Source of the DNA: Alphaproteobacteria bacterium
GTDB lineage: Bacteria; Pseudomonadota; Alphaproteobacteria; GCA-2731375
Reading direction: 5' to 3'
DNA length: 64,000 bases
Assembly (NCBI GenBank): GCA_965232515.1
Contig: CBDDPY010000002.1
Location: forward strand, 1,760,001-1,824,000
Shown: positions 44,416 through 55,957 of the stretch, piece by piece
Position numbering within the stretch: the first letter of the stretch is position 1
How the letters are laid out: every line of letters starts with the position of its first letter
Translations under genes and position numbers: made by a program
The notes under the pieces: generated by a model
Database searches by the model: none
What the model was told of the DNA's origin: nothing
The model's input: the letters and a program-made list of their open reading frames with translations, nothing else

Positions 44416-45505
44416 GCAGGCCGGCGCGGTCCTGCACATCGACCTGGACGCGCTCGCGGGAAACTATCAGCGCCTGCAACGGGAAGCGGGAGGTGCCGTC
44501 TGCGCCGCCGTGGTCAAGGCCGACGGCTACGGACTCGGCGCGACCGAGATCGCCGACGCGCTGTGGACGGCGGGCTGCCGCGAGTTTTTCGTCGCCCACG
44601 TCTTCGAAGGCGCGGCTCTGCGAGCGGCGCTGCCGGACGCCACGATCTATGTGCTGCACGGACCGATGCCGGGCACCGAAGCCGATCTGCCGGCAGATGG
44701 TCTGGTCCCGGTGTTGAACAGCCTCGAGCAGATCGATGCCTGGGCCGCCCTTGCCCGCGCCCGGGGCGGTCTCGACGCGGTGCTGCAGATCGACACCGGC
44801 ATGAACCGGATCGGCCTGCCGCCGGTCGAGGTTCAGGCGCTCAACGACGACCCGTCCCGGCTCGACGGCATTCGCCCGCGCTACGTGATGAGCCACCTCG
44901 CCTGCGCCGAGGATGCCGGCAGCGCCAAGAACGCCGAACAGCTGGCCCTGTTCCGAAGTCTGAAAGCGAAACTGCCGGACGCGCCCGCCACTTTCGCCAA
45001 CTCGTCGGGCATCTTTCTGGGGCCCGACTATCACTTCGATCTGGTGCGCGCTGGCGTCGCGCTGTACGGCGTCAACCCGACGCCCGGACGCCCAAATCCG
45101 ATGGCGGAAGTCGTCCGTCTGGAAGGCAAAATTCTGCAATTGCGCGAAATTGACACGTCTGAGACCGTTGGCTACGGTGCCGCCTATCAAGCAACCGGGC
45201 CGCGCCGTATCGCTACCGTGCCAGTTGGTTACGCGGACGGGTACCTCCGGTGCCTTGGCAACCACGCATACGCCAGCATCGGCGGTGTCCGAGTAAAGGT
45301 GGCAGGGCGCGTTTCAATGGACCTCATCACATTGGATGTCACGGATGCGCCGCCGTCGGCCGTGCGCGTCGGCGCGCCGGTGGACCTGATCGGCGGCGGC
45401 GTGCCGATCGACGACGTCGCCGCCTGGGCCGGCACCATCGGCTACGAGCTGCTGACCAGCCTGGGCCATCGCTATCACCGGTCATTTCACCGCGGGGGCA
45501 CCTGA
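44402..45505 (+). CDS. alr: Alanine racemase
   Basis: AVVKADGYGLG, DTGMNR, SHLACA, VGYG, GYADG, GRVSMD, TIGYE. Confidence 0.95.
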   Translation: MPSSEQAGAVLHIDLDALAGNYQRLQREAGGAVCAAVVKADGYGLGATEIADALWTAGCREFFVAHVFEGAALRAALPDATIYVLHGPMPGTEADLPADGLVPVLNSLEQIDAWAALARARGGLDAVLQIDTGMNRIGLPPVEVQALNDDPSRLDGIRPRYVMSHLACAEDAGSAKNAEQLALFRSLKAKLPDAPATFANSSGIFLGPDYHFDLVRAGVALYGVNPTPGRPNPMAEVVRLEGKILQLREIDTSETVGYGAAYQATGPRRIATVPVGYADGYLRCLGNHAYASIGGVRVKVAGRVSMDLITLDVTDAPPSAVRVGAPVDLIGGGVPIDDVAAWAGTIGYELLTSLGHRYHRSFHRGGT

Positions 45506-45510
45506 CCCAC

Positions 45511-46281
45511 ATGAATCCCCTGGCAATCGTCGGCCGAGTCTTCCTGGGCTTTCTCAACACCGCCGGCAAACTATCGATCTTCACCGGGCAGGCCGTCTCC
45601 AGCTGCTTCGCGCCGCCGGTCTACCTCCGGCTAATCGGGCGTCAGCTGCTGGCCATCGGCTACTATTCGCTGCCCGTCGTCGGCCTGACGGCGATCTTCA
45701 CCGGCGCCGTGCTAGCCTTGCAGATCTATATCGGCTCCTCGCGCTTCAACGCCGAGAGCACCGTCGCCTTCATCGTCGTCATCGCCATCACCCGCGAGCT
45801 TGGGCCGGTGCTGGCGGGCCTGATGGTCGGCGGCCGGGTCGGTGCGGCGATGGCGGCCGAACTCGGCACCATGCGTGTCACCGAACAGATCGACGCGCTG
45901 GTGACGCTGCAGACCAACCCGATGAAGTATCTGGTGGCGCCGCGGCTGATCGCCGCCACCATCGCCATGCCATTGCTGGTGGCGATCGCCGACATCATCG
46001 GCGTCATGGGCGGCTATCTGGTCTCGGTCAACAAGCTCGACTTCAACGCCGCGACCTATCTGAAGAACACCTTCGACGTGCTGGAGGCCGATGACGTTGT
46101 CTCGGGCCTGATCAAGGCCGCGGTGTTCGGCTTCATCATCGCGCTGATGGGCTGCTACCACGGCTTCAACAGTTCGGGCGGCGCCCAGGGGGTCGGCCGA
46201 GCCACCACAAACGCCGTGGTCTCTGGCCTGATCCTGATCCTCGTCGCCAACTACATCATGACCGACCTGTTCTTCGCATGA
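45511..46281 (+). CDS. mlaE: MlaE family ABC permease
   Basis: RELGPVL, GRVGAAMAAELGTMRVTEQIDAL, GAQGVGRATT. Confidence 0.93.
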   Translation: MNPLAIVGRVFLGFLNTAGKLSIFTGQAVSSCFAPPVYLRLIGRQLLAIGYYSLPVVGLTAIFTGAVLALQIYIGSSRFNAESTVAFIVVIAITRELGPVLAGLMVGGRVGAAMAAELGTMRVTEQIDALVTLQTNPMKYLVAPRLIAATIAMPLLVAIADIIGVMGGYLVSVNKLDFNAATYLKNTFDVLEADDVVSGLIKAAVFGFIIALMGCYHGFNSSGGAQGVGRATTNAVVSGLILILVANYIMTDLFFA

Positions 46282-47057
46282 GCAACGATCCGCCGAAGCT
46301 GATGCTGGACGACGTCCACAAGGCGTTCGGCCCGAAGGTCGTGCTGAACGGCTTGAACCTGACGCTTCACAAGGGCGAATCGATCGTCGTGATCGGCGGC
46401 TCCGGCACCGGCAAGTCGGTGATGTTGAAATGCGTGCTCGGCCTGCTGAAACCCGATGCCGGCCGGATTCAGGTCGACGGCGAGGACGTGGTCGGCATGG
46501 GCGGCGGCAAGCGTGACCGCATCCTGCGCAAGTTCGGCATGCTGTTCCAGAACGCGGCGCTGTTCGACAGTTTGTCGGTCTGGGAGAACGTCGCTTTCGG
46601 GCTGGTCGAGGGCGCCGGCATGGAACGCGAGGAAGCCCGCGAAATCTCGCTCGAGAAGCTGCGCCGGGTCGGCCTCGGCCCCGACGTTGCCGCGCTCAGC
46701 CCGGCCGAACTATCGGGCGGCATGCGCAAGCGCGTGGGTCTCGCCCGGGCCATCGCCACGGAGCCCGAGATCATTTTCTTCGACGAGCCGACCACCGGCC
46801 TCGATCCGATCATGGGCGACGTGATCAACCATCTGATCGTCGAATGCGTGCAGGACTTGGGTGCCTCCACCGTCACCATCACGCACGACATGTCGAGCGC
46901 GCGGACCATCGCGCATCGCGTGGCGATGCTGTACAAGGGCCAGATCCTCTGGATCGGGCCGGTCGACCAGATCGATGACAGCGGCAATGCCTATGTCGAC
47001 CAGTTCATCCACGGTCGCGGCGAGGGTCCGATCCAGATGGAAGTGCGGAAATTGTAA
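46278..47057 (+). CDS. mlaF: MlaF family ABC ATPase
   Basis: GGSGTGKS, FQNAALFDS, LSGGMRKR, DEPTTGLDP; ATGA overlap with mlaE. Confidence 0.9.
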   Translation: MSNDPPKLMLDDVHKAFGPKVVLNGLNLTLHKGESIVVIGGSGTGKSVMLKCVLGLLKPDAGRIQVDGEDVVGMGGGKRDRILRKFGMLFQNAALFDSLSVWENVAFGLVEGAGMEREEAREISLEKLRRVGLGPDVAALSPAELSGGMRKRVGLARAIATEPEIIFFDEPTTGLDPIMGDVINHLIVECVQDLGASTVTITHDMSSARTIAHRVAMLYKGQILWIGPVDQIDDSGNAYVDQFIHGRGEGPIQMEVRKL

Positions 47058-47074
47058 GCAGGGCTAGAGCGCAC

Positions 47075-48454
47075 GTGGCGCAACCCGCCGAACGCTTCGT
47101 CTGCCAGAGTTGCGGCGCGGTCCATCGCAAATGGTCCGGCCGCTGCGGTTCTTGCGGTGAATGGAACTCGATCGTCGAGGAGCTGAACGAATCGACGCCG
47201 CCCAAGGGCCTCGGCGCGGGCAAAGGCCGGCAGATCGAATTCAGCGCGCTCGATTCACTGCCGCTGGGCGAGGAACCGCGGCTGGCCACCGATATCAAGG
47301 AATTCGACCGCGTCTGCGGCAGCGGCCTGGTGCCCGGCTCGGCGATCCTGATCGGCGGCGATCCAGGCATCGGCAAATCCACGCTGCTGCTGCAGGTCGC
47401 GGCGGCGCTTGCCCGCGCCGGCCACCGCTGCGCCTACATCTCCGGCGAGGAGGCGACCGATCAGGTGCGCATGCGGGCACGCCGTCTGGGCTTGGCCGAC
47501 GCGCCTGTGCAGCTCGCGGCGGCGACCAATGTGCGCGACATCCTGACCAGCATCGACGTCGCCGAGGCCCCGCGCACCGTGGTCATCGATTCGATCCAGA
47601 CCATGTTCGTCGACAGCCTCGAATCGGCGCCCGGCACGGTCTCGCAGGTCCGCACCAGCGCGCAGGAGCTGATTCGTCTGGCCAAGCGCCGCGATATCGC
47701 CATGCTGCTGGTTGGCCACGTCACCAAGGAAGGGCAGATCGCCGGTCCCCGCGTGCTCGAGCACATGGTCGACACGGTGCTCTATTTCGAGGGCGAGCGC
47801 GGGCATCAGTTCCGCATCCTGCGCACGGTGAAGAACCGCTTCGGTCCGACCGACGAGATCGGCGTCTTCGAGATGACCGACGGCGGCCTGATCGAGGTGG
47901 CGAATCCCTCGGCGCTGTTCCTGTCCAGCCGCCCCGGCGGCGCGGTCAGCGGCACCTCGGTCTTCGCCGGCATGGAGGGCACGCGGCCGGTGCTGGTCGA
48001 AATCCAGGCGCTGGCCGCCCGGTCGTCGCTGGCGACGCCGCGGCGCACCGTCGTGGGCTGGGACAGCAACCGGCTCGCCATGGTCATGGCCGTGCTCGAT
48101 TCGCGCTGCGATCTCGGCGTGTCGGGCAACGACGTTTACCTTAACGTCGCCGGCGGCCTGCGTATCGCCGAGCCAGCCGCCGACCTTGCCGTCGCCGCGG
48201 CGCTGATCTCCTCGCTGACCAACGTGGCCGTGCCGGCCGAATCGGTGCTGTTCGGCGAGATCAGCCTGTCCGGCGAAATCCGCCCGGTCAGCCAGGCCGA
48301 CCTGCGCCTGAAGGAGGCCGCGAAGCTAGGCTTTCAGCGGGCGCTGGTGCCGCCAGCGCCGAATCGGCGCGCGGCGCCGCTCGACATCGTCGAGGTCAGG
48401 CATCTGCATGACCTCGTCGAGCTCTTTACAACCCGTCGCGCCGCCGCCATATAG
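47075..48454 (+). CDS. radA: DNA repair protein RadA/Sms
   Basis: CQSCG..W.G.C..CGEWN, GDPGIGKSTL, KNRFG, Lon-like C-terminus. Confidence 0.96.
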   Translation: MAQPAERFVCQSCGAVHRKWSGRCGSCGEWNSIVEELNESTPPKGLGAGKGRQIEFSALDSLPLGEEPRLATDIKEFDRVCGSGLVPGSAILIGGDPGIGKSTLLLQVAAALARAGHRCAYISGEEATDQVRMRARRLGLADAPVQLAAATNVRDILTSIDVAEAPRTVVIDSIQTMFVDSLESAPGTVSQVRTSAQELIRLAKRRDIAMLLVGHVTKEGQIAGPRVLEHMVDTVLYFEGERGHQFRILRTVKNRFGPTDEIGVFEMTDGGLIEVANPSALFLSSRPGGAVSGTSVFAGMEGTRPVLVEIQALAARSSLATPRRTVVGWDSNRLAMVMAVLDSRCDLGVSGNDVYLNVAGGLRIAEPAADLAVAAALISSLTNVAVPAESVLFGEISLSGEIRPVSQADLRLKEAAKLGFQRALVPPAPNRRAAPLDIVEVRHLHDLVELFTTRRAAAI

Positions 48455-48464
48455 TCGCGCCGCC

Positions 48465-49136
48465 ATGGACGCCCTGCCCATCAACATCACCGATATCGCG
48501 GTCTTCGCGATTCTGCTGATCTCGGCCGTGCTGGCGCTCAGCCACGGCTTCGTCAAAGAGGTATTGGCGATCGCCGGCTGGGTTGGCGCCGCCATCGTCG
48601 CGCTGAAGCTGTTCCCGGTGCTGCAGCCGGTGACCCGGCAGTATGTCGAGCATGAGCTGCTGGCCGACGGCATCACCGGCGCCGGCATTTTCCTCATCAC
48701 GCTGGTCCTGCTGTCGCTGATCGCCGGCCGCATCGCTAGACTGGTGCGGGACAGCGAAATCAACACGCTCGACCGCTCGCTCGGCTTCCTGTTCGGCCTC
48801 GCCCGCGGCGCCGTGATCGTCGCGCTCGGCTATCTGGTCCTGGTCCAGTTCGTGCCGCCCAAGGAGTTCCCGTCCTGGCTCGGCGAGGCCCGATCGCTGC
48901 CTGTCGTCGCCTACACCGCCGATCTGCTGCTGACGCTCGCGCCCGAGGAGATCGCCGCCGGCTTGAGGGTGGTCGAGGATGTGGGCGATTCCGCCACCAA
49001 GGCCCTACGCCCGCAGGACGCGCTCGGCGTGCTTCAGGGCGCCGTAACGCCGCCTGACTCCGGCGATGAAAAGGGCTATAAGTCCGAGGATCGACGGGGC
49101 CTGGAGCGCCTGTTCGAAAGCAAGCAGGACAACTGA
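48465..49136 (+). CDS. cvpA: CvpA family protein
   Basis: GFVKEVL..AGW, DRSLGFLFGLARG; upstream of purF. Confidence 0.88.
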   Translation: MDALPINITDIAVFAILLISAVLALSHGFVKEVLAIAGWVGAAIVALKLFPVLQPVTRQYVEHELLADGITGAGIFLITLVLLSLIAGRIARLVRDSEINTLDRSLGFLFGLARGAVIVALGYLVLVQFVPPKEFPSWLGEARSLPVVAYTADLLLTLAPEEIAAGLRVVEDVGDSATKALRPQDALGVLQGAVTPPDSGDEKGYKSEDRRGLERLFESKQDN

Positions 49137-50635
49137 TGCGCCGTGCCGCCAACACCGGCTCTCAGCCGCCGACCGACCGGTCTTTGACCACGCACCCGCT
49201 GGATGATGACAAGCTGCACGAGGAATGCGGCATTTTCGGCATTTTCGGCGCCGATGACGCCGCCGCGCTGACCGCGCTGGGCCTGCACGCCCTGCAACAT
49301 CGCGGCCAGGAAGCAGCCGGCATCGTCTCCTATGACGGTCGACAGTTCCATTCCCATCGCGGGCTGGGCCACGTCGCCGACAACTTCGATTCCGAGGCGG
49401 TGGTGAGCCGCCTGAAAGGCCGCGCGTCCATCGGCCACAATCGCTACTCGACCACGGGCGAGACCGTGCTGCGCAACGTCCAGCCGCTGTTCGCCGAGCT
49501 GGAGTTCGGCGGTTTCGCCGTCGGCCACAACGGCAACCTGACCAATGCCCGGGCGCTGCGCCGCGAGCTGGTCAAACGCGGCTGCATCTTCCAGTCGACC
49601 ATGGATTCCGAAACCCTGATCCACCTGATCGCGACCAGCGGCTTCGCGACGATGATCGATCGGCTGGTCGACGCGCTGCGCCAGGTGGTGGGCGCCTACA
49701 GCCTGGTCGCCCTGTCGAACACCGCCCTGATCGGCGTGCGCGACCCCATGGGGGTGCGGCCGCTGGTGCTGGGCGAGCTCGATGGCGCGCCGATCCTGGC
49801 CAGCGAGACCTGCGCGCTGGATATCATCGGCGCGCGGTTCATCAGGGATGTCGAGCCGGGCGAGATCGTGGTCTGCAGGGAGGACGGTGTCGAGAGCCTG
49901 AAGCCCTTCCCGCCCCAAAAGCACCGGGCCTGCATCTTCGAGTACATCTATTTCTCGCGGCCCGACTCGATCATCGAGGAGATGAGCGTCTACGACATTC
50001 GCAAGAATATCGGCCGCGAACTGTCCCGCGAAAGCGGCGTGCCTGCGGATCTGGTGATCCCGATCCCGGATTCCGGCACGCCGGCGGCGCTCGGCTACGC
50101 CAACGAGGCCGGTATCCCCTTCGAGCTCGGCATCATCCGCAACCACTATGTCGGCCGCACCTTCATCGAACCGACGCAGCAGATCCGCGACCTCGGCGTG
50201 AAACTCAAACACAACGCCAACCGCAGCGAAATCGCCGGCAAGCGCGTGATCCTGGTCGACGACAGCATCGTTCGCGGCACCACGGCCCGCAAGATCGTGC
50301 AGATGGTCCGCGATGCCGGCGCGACGGAAGTGCACATGCGCATCGCCAGTCCGCCGACCATGCATCCCTGCTTCTATGGCATCGACACGCCGTCGCGCGA
50401 GGAGTTGCTGGCCGCCCGCATGAACGTCGAGGACATGCGCGACCATATCGGCGTCGACACGCTCGCCTACATCAGCATCGACGGCCTCTACCGGGCCGCC
50501 GGCGAAAGCCGCCGAGACGCGGACGATCCGCAGTTCTGCGACGCCTGCTTCACCGGCGACTACCCCGTCGCGCTGACCGATCTCGCTGACGGTGATTCCC
50601 CGGCGCAGTTGTCGCTGCTGGCCGAAAGCGCCTGA
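49136..50635 (+). CDS. purF: Amidophosphoribosyltransferase
   Basis: HEECGIFG, LQHRGQE, CIFEYIYF, VILVDDSIVRGTT, CFYGID, CDACF; start may be TTG near 49184. Confidence 0.96.
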   Translation: MRRAANTGSQPPTDRSLTTHPLDDDKLHEECGIFGIFGADDAAALTALGLHALQHRGQEAAGIVSYDGRQFHSHRGLGHVADNFDSEAVVSRLKGRASIGHNRYSTTGETVLRNVQPLFAELEFGGFAVGHNGNLTNARALRRELVKRGCIFQSTMDSETLIHLIATSGFATMIDRLVDALRQVVGAYSLVALSNTALIGVRDPMGVRPLVLGELDGAPILASETCALDIIGARFIRDVEPGEIVVCREDGVESLKPFPPQKHRACIFEYIYFSRPDSIIEEMSVYDIRKNIGRELSRESGVPADLVIPIPDSGTPAALGYANEAGIPFELGIIRNHYVGRTFIEPTQQIRDLGVKLKHNANRSEIAGKRVILVDDSIVRGTTARKIVQMVRDAGATEVHMRIASPPTMHPCFYGIDTPSREELLAARMNVEDMRDHIGVDTLAYISIDGLYRAAGESRRDADDPQFCDACFTGDYPVALTDLADGDSPAQLSLLAESA

Positions 50636-50647
50636 CGCGTTCGTTAT

Positions 50648-51376
50648 ATGCCCGACCGCCTGCAGGACCGTATCGCGCTCGTCACCGGCGCTTCGCGCGG
50701 CATCGGAGCCGCCATTGCCCAGGCGTATGCCCGCGAAGGCGCGCATATCATCGCCGTCGCCCGAACGGTCGGCGGCCTGGAAGAACTTGACGACGCGATC
50801 ACGGCCGGTGGCGGCAGCGCAACCCTGGTGCCGCTCGATTTGACCGAACCCGACACCATCGAACAGCTCGGTGCAAGTATCTTCGAGCGCTGGGGCCGGC
50901 TCGACATTCTGGTCGGCAATGCCGCCGTCCTCGGCCAGCTCAGCCCCGTCGGCCATATCGAGCCGCCGACCTGGCAACGCGGCTTCGACCTCAATGTCAC
51001 GGCAAACTGGCGTCTGCTACGCTCGCTCGATCCGCTGCTGCGGCAGTCGGATGCCGGCCGGGCCATTTTCCTGACCTCGGGCGTGACGCGGACGCTGCCG
51101 GCTTATTGGGCCACCTATTCGGCGTCCAAGGCGGCCCTGGAGGCGCTGGTCATGACCTACGCCCGAGAGATCGAGAAGACCTCGGTGCGCGCAAACCTGG
51201 TCAATCCGGGCCCGACGCGTACGCAGATGCGCGCGGCGGCATTTCCCGGCGAAGATCCGGATACGCTGCCGCCGCCAGAGCATCTGACGGACATTCTGAT
51301 CCGGCTCGCCGAACCCGATTTCACCGGCAATGGCCTGTGGGTCGCCGCCGACGCCGAGCCCGCCTCGCTGCACTAG
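50648..51376 (+). CDS. SDR oxidoreductase (YciK-like)
   Basis: TGASRGIG, YSASKAA, NPGPTRT.MRA.AFPGEDP; usual neighbour of purF. Confidence 0.88.
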   Translation: MPDRLQDRIALVTGASRGIGAAIAQAYAREGAHIIAVARTVGGLEELDDAITAGGGSATLVPLDLTEPDTIEQLGASIFERWGRLDILVGNAAVLGQLSPVGHIEPPTWQRGFDLNVTANWRLLRSLDPLLRQSDAGRAIFLTSGVTRTLPAYWATYSASKAALEALVMTYAREIEKTSVRANLVNPGPTRTQMRAAAFPGEDPDTLPPPEHLTDILIRLAEPDFTGNGLWVAADAEPASLH

Positions 51377-51385
51377 GCTGTCGGC

Positions 51386-53260
51386 ATGACCGATGATGCT
51401 TCCCTTCAGCCCGCCGGAAGGACGGTACTGAGAGAGACTTCACGGGTTCGTCTTCGACATTTCCGTATCGGCATCGCCAGCGGCCTGCTCATAGCATTCG
51501 GCGGTCTGGTGTTCGTCGCCGTGGCCGCGGTTCTGGCGATCTCGATATGGAGCGCGCGCGAAAACACGCTGTCGTTGCTGCAGGACAAGACGCAGTCAAC
51601 CATGCGCTTGATCCTCAGCGATATCGATCGGCATCTGCAACCGGCCGAAGACCAGCTTGAGTATCTCGCAAAGAAGATCGAGGCCGGCGAGATCGACTCC
51701 GGCGACGACGCTGAAATGACGACCTTCATGACCGGCGCATTGGCGGCGACGCCCGATGTTCGCATCCTGGTCCTGCTGCGCCCCGATCTCTCGGCCATCG
51801 AGGTGCCCGTCGTCTCCCCAACCCCGCAGGCGCAGGCGAACATTCAAGCCGGCCTGGAACTGGCGCGGACTATTCTGGCCGACGCGGAGAAGCGGCAGGA
51901 GCTGTTCTGGGCCGAGGTCGTGCGCGCGCCGCGGGAACGAACGACGATGATCAACGTGCGCCGGCCGCTTCGCCGCGACGGACGCTTCCTTGGCCTGCTT
52001 GCCGCCGGCGTCGAGGCGGACCGTCTGTCGGACCTGTTGGACAACGTTGCCTACAAGCTGGGTGGCAGCGCCTTCATCCTTTACGACGATGGGTACGTTC
52101 TGGCGCACCCGCAGATGATTCTCGGCTTCCCGGGCCTCAGCCCCTCGCAACCGCTGCCGCGGGTCGACCAGATCGTCGATCCCGTTCTGGCGGCTTATCT
52201 GCGGCCCAGCGACAACGCCGGGCTGGATATCGAAGGACGCCTCTCCAGCAGCATGAATATCCGCTTCCTCGACACGTCAGAAGGCGAATACATCGCGCTA
52301 TTCCAACAGATAGACGGTTATTCGGACCGGCCGTGGACCGTCGTCGTCTACTTCCCCGAGGCGGAACTGACCGAGACGATACGGCGTGCCGCCGCCGCCG
52401 CGATCGCGGGTCTTGCCGTGCTGCTGATCGCGCTGATCGTGGCCTTCATCATCGCCCGCCAATTGAGCGCGCCGATCGGCCGGCTTGCCGTCAGCGCCAA
52501 CCAGATCAAAGACCTGCGGCTCGACGGCGTGAAGCCGTTGCCGACCAGCAGCTTCGCCGAACTCAGCGATGCGTCTTCCGCCTTCAATTCAATGATCGTG
52601 GGGCTGCGCTGGTTCGAGACCTACGTGCCCAGAACGCTCGTACAGCGCCTGATCGGACAGGGCGACACCTCGGCCGGTATCTCGGCCGACCGCAATGTCA
52701 CCGTGCTGTTCACCGATATCGCCGGCTTCACCGGCCAATCCGAACACATGACCGCCGGCGAGACCGCGACCTTTCTCAACCACCATTTCTCACTGCTCAG
52801 CCAATGCGTCGAGGCCGAGGGCGGCACCATCGACAAGTTCATCGGCGATGCACTGATGGCCTTCTGGGGCGCGCCGGAATATCAGCCCGACCACGCCGCC
52901 CGCGCCTGCCGCGCGGCGCTGGCGATCCGCGCGGCGGTCAAGGCCGACAATGCGGCCCGGATCGCCAACGGCCAGCCGCCGGTACACGTCAGGATCGGCC
53001 TGCACAGCGGCCACGCCGTCGTCGGCAATATCGGCGCGCCGCAGCGCATGAACTACACCATTGTGGGCGACACGGTGAACGTCGCCAACCGGCTCGAGGC
53101 GCTCGCCAAGACGGAAACGCCGTCGGGCGCGGACAACGAGGTCGCGATCCTGCTCAGCGCGGCAACCGCTTCGGCGGCCGGCTCGGCAATGACACCGGTC
53201 AAGGCCGGCAGCTTTCAAATCCGCGGCCGCAGCGAAGAGATTGAGGTCTTCGCGATCTAG
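51386..53260 (+). CDS. Membrane class III adenylate/guanylate cyclase (periplasmic sensor + HAMP)
   Basis: Two TM helices; [46 protein letters not shown]. Confidence 0.9.
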   Translation: MTDDASLQPAGRTVLRETSRVRLRHFRIGIASGLLIAFGGLVFVAVAAVLAISIWSARENTLSLLQDKTQSTMRLILSDIDRHLQPAEDQLEYLAKKIEAGEIDSGDDAEMTTFMTGALAATPDVRILVLLRPDLSAIEVPVVSPTPQAQANIQAGLELARTILADAEKRQELFWAEVVRAPRERTTMINVRRPLRRDGRFLGLLAAGVEADRLSDLLDNVAYKLGGSAFILYDDGYVLAHPQMILGFPGLSPSQPLPRVDQIVDPVLAAYLRPSDNAGLDIEGRLSSSMNIRFLDTSEGEYIALFQQIDGYSDRPWTVVVYFPEAELTETIRRAAAAAIAGLAVLLIALIVAFIIARQLSAPIGRLAVSANQIKDLRLDGVKPLPTSSFAELSDASSAFNSMIVGLRWFETYVPRTLVQRLIGQGDTSAGISADRNVTVLFTDIAGFTGQSEHMTAGETATFLNHHFSLLSQCVEAEGGTIDKFIGDALMAFWGAPEYQPDHAARACRAALAIRAAVKADNAARIANGQPPVHVRIGLHSGHAVVGNIGAPQRMNYTIVGDTVNVANRLEALAKTETPSGADNEVAILLSAATASAAGSAMTPVKAGSFQIRGRSEEIEVFAI

Positions 53261-54609
53261 CTTTTTTTCTTGTTGTCGTAAGGGTTCTTGCCGCGACGAA
53301 GATTCACGCGGATCGGCACGCCGTCCAGATCGCCAAGCTCGCGAATGCCATTCTGCAGGTAACGAACGTAGGACTCCGGCAGATCGACCGGCCGGTTGGC
53401 GAAGATCACAAAGGTCGGCGGTCGGGTCTTGGCCTGGGTCATGAACCGGAGGCGCAGCCGCCGGCCGCTGCCGGCGAGCGGCGGCGGATGGCGCTCGACC
53501 GCCTGCTCCAGCCATTCGTTCAAACGCGCCGTCGGGATCCGGGCCTGCCAGCGGTCGTAGATATCGAAGACCGCCGGCATCAGCTTGTCGACGCCCTTGC
53601 CGGTCAAGGCCGACAAGGTCACGATCGGCAGGCCGCGCACCTGCGGCAGCGACGTTTCCAGCCGGTCGCGCACGGTCTGCATCGCCGCGCGCCGGTCGCC
53701 GACCAGGTCCCATTTGTTGACGGCCAGCACCATGGCGCGGCCCTCCTCGACCACACGGGCGGCAAGCGTCAGCTCTTGCTTTTCCAGCGGCGCCTCGGCG
53801 TCGACCAGCAGCACCACGACCTGGGCGAAACGCATGGCGCGCAGCGCGTCCTCTGCCGACAGCTTCTCCAGCCGCTGGCTGATCCGGGCTTGCCGGCGCA
53901 GGCCGGCGGTATCGAACAGCCGCACCGGCCGGCCCTGCCAGGCCCAGTCGATGCCGATGGCGTCGCGGGTGATGCCGGCCTCCGGCCCCGTGATCATGCG
54001 GTCCTCGCCCAGCAGCCGGTTCACCAGCGTCGACTTGCCGACATTGGGGCGGCCCAGGATGGCGAGCCGCAGCGGGCCGTCGGCCGCCTCGTCCTCTTCG
54101 TCCAGTTCCGCGGCATCGGGCGCATGGGTGCTCAAGGCCTCGTAAAGCAGATCCAGTCCCTCGCCGTGGGCGGCCGACAACGGCAGCGGATCGCCCAGTC
54201 CCAGGGCGTAGGCCTCGGCCTGTCCGACCGCGCCGCCCCTGCCCTCGCACTTGTTGGCCGCCAGCACGACCGGCTTGCCCTGGCGGCGCAGCCAACGCGC
54301 GAAATGCGCGTCGATCGGCGTCGGGCCGCTGCGGGCGTCGATCAACATCAGCGCCACGTCGGCGTCGGCCAGCGCCGCCTCGGTTTGACGCCGCATCTCG
54401 GCCTCGAGCGTGCCGGCGTCGGCCTCCTCCAGCCCCGCCGTGTCGATGACGCGGAAGGTCAGCGGTCCGAGCCTGGCCTCGCCCTCGCGACGGTCCCGGG
54501 TCACGCCCGGCAGGTCGTCGACCAGCGCCTGCTGTTTGCCGACCAGGCGATTGAACAGCGTCGATTTGCCGACATTCGGCCGGCCCAGGATAGCGACAGT
54601 GAACGGCAT
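53257..54609 (-). CDS. der: Ribosome biogenesis GTPase Der (EngA)
   Basis: Tandem [31 protein letters not shown]; KH-like C-terminus. Confidence 0.96.
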   Translation of the reverse strand: MPFTVAILGRPNVGKSTLFNRLVGKQQALVDDLPGVTRDRREGEARLGPLTFRVIDTAGLEEADAGTLEAEMRRQTEAALADADVALMLIDARSGPTPIDAHFARWLRRQGKPVVLAANKCEGRGGAVGQAEAYALGLGDPLPLSAAHGEGLDLLYEALSTHAPDAAELDEEDEAADGPLRLAILGRPNVGKSTLVNRLLGEDRMITGPEAGITRDAIGIDWAWQGRPVRLFDTAGLRRQARISQRLEKLSAEDALRAMRFAQVVVLLVDAEAPLEKQELTLAARVVEEGRAMVLAVNKWDLVGDRRAAMQTVRDRLETSLPQVRGLPIVTLSALTGKGVDKLMPAVFDIYDRWQARIPTARLNEWLEQAVERHPPPLAGSGRRLRLRFMTQAKTRPPTFVIFANRPVDLPESYVRYLQNGIRELGDLDGVPIRVNLRRGKNPYDNKKKS

Positions 54610-54613
54610 CGGC

Positions 54614-55954
54614 TTAGCGCAGCGCGATAAGTTCCGCGTCGTCGGACAGGATGTAGAGCGTGCCGTCGGCGACCACGGGCGCGATGAACGACGCCGCCGG
54701 CAGGCGCATCTCACCCAGCACCTCGCCGGAATAGGGCGAGACCGACACCGCGCGGCCATGGCTGGACACCAGGATCAAGCGGTCGCTGACCAGCACCGGT
54801 CCGCTCCACTGGATCGGATCTTCCCGATCCTCCTCGTCCTCGAACCGCTGCAGCTGCGCGACCCAGCGGATCCGGCCATCGCGCCGCGAGAGGCACAGAA
54901 GCTCGGCCTGGGTGGTGACGACATAGATGAAATCGCCGCTGACCCAGGGCGTCTCGACGCCGGTGATATCGCGGTCCCAGATGCGCTCGCCCGTGCGCAG
55001 GTCGATGGCGGCCATGCGGCCGGAATGGCTGATGGCGATGACCCGGCCGCGGTCGACCACCGGCTTGCCGCGAATGTCGCTCAAGGCGGCAAGCGGCGTG
55101 AAGCGCGCGGCCTTGACCAGCTGGTCGCTCCAAACCACGCGGCCGTTCTCGACCCTGAGCGCGAACAGCTCGCCCGAGGTATAGGGAACCACCACGATAT
55201 CGCCGTCGACGGCGGGACTGGCGCCGCCGATCAGGCCGGCGTCCTCGGGGATGCCGACATGGTTCCACAGCACCCGACCGTCATCGGCCGCCAGCGCGAA
55301 CATCTGATTGTCGTAAGTGACGACGAAGACCCGGCCGTCGGCGGCCGTCGGTGGCGCCCGCATAGGCACGCCGATCCGCCGTTCCCAATAGACCCGGCCC
55401 GTCTCGGCCTCCAGCGCATAGACCTCGCCATAACCGGTACTAACGAACAGGATACCGCCGTCGAGCGCGAGGCCGCCGCCGAGTGCGCCGCTGTCTTCGC
55501 CCTTGGGCGTCGCATTGGCGCGCCACAAACGATCGCCGGTGTTGGCGTCGATGGCCGAGATCCGGCTTTCCGCATCCATGACGAAGACCCGGCCGCCGGC
55601 GACGATGGGCGGCGCCAGCAGCCGTAGCAGCGAGCTCGAGCCCTCGCCGACATTGACCTCCCAGGCCGTCGCCAGGTCGTCCGGCAACTCCAGATGGTGC
55701 ATCGCATGGCTCGGGAAGCCGCCGGCCTGCGGCCAGTCGGGATTGCGCCATGGCCGCGGCAGCCGCACCTCCAGGTCGGCGATGCGCGGGTCCGGTTCCA
55801 GCGTGTCCTGCAGGCTGAGCACCGAGATCCGCTCGCCCGGTAGCGGCGGATCCTCGGCATCGCCAATCCAGTCCGGCAGCAGCTCGCAGGCCGCCAGCAT
55901 CACGATCAGCGGCAGCAGCGCCAGGCGTCGTGGCCACATCAGCGGCGGGATCAC
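54614..55954 (-). CDS. PQQ-like beta-propeller lipoprotein (BamB-like)
   Basis: Lipobox [13 protein letters not shown], repeated A.D..TG...W; yfgM-bamB-der synteny. Confidence 0.85.
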   Translation of the reverse strand: MIPPLMWPRRLALLPLIVMLAACELLPDWIGDAEDPPLPGERISVLSLQDTLEPDPRIADLEVRLPRPWRNPDWPQAGGFPSHAMHHLELPDDLATAWEVNVGEGSSSLLRLLAPPIVAGGRVFVMDAESRISAIDANTGDRLWRANATPKGEDSGALGGGLALDGGILFVSTGYGEVYALEAETGRVYWERRIGVPMRAPPTAADGRVFVVTYDNQMFALAADDGRVLWNHVGIPEDAGLIGGASPAVDGDIVVVPYTSGELFALRVENGRVVWSDQLVKAARFTPLAALSDIRGKPVVDRGRVIAISHSGRMAAIDLRTGERIWDRDITGVETPWVSGDFIYVVTTQAELLCLSRRDGRIRWVAQLQRFEDEEDREDPIQWSGPVLVSDRLILVSSHGRAVSVSPYSGEVLGEMRLPAASFIAPVVADGTLYILSDDAELIALR

Positions 55955-55957
55955 GCC

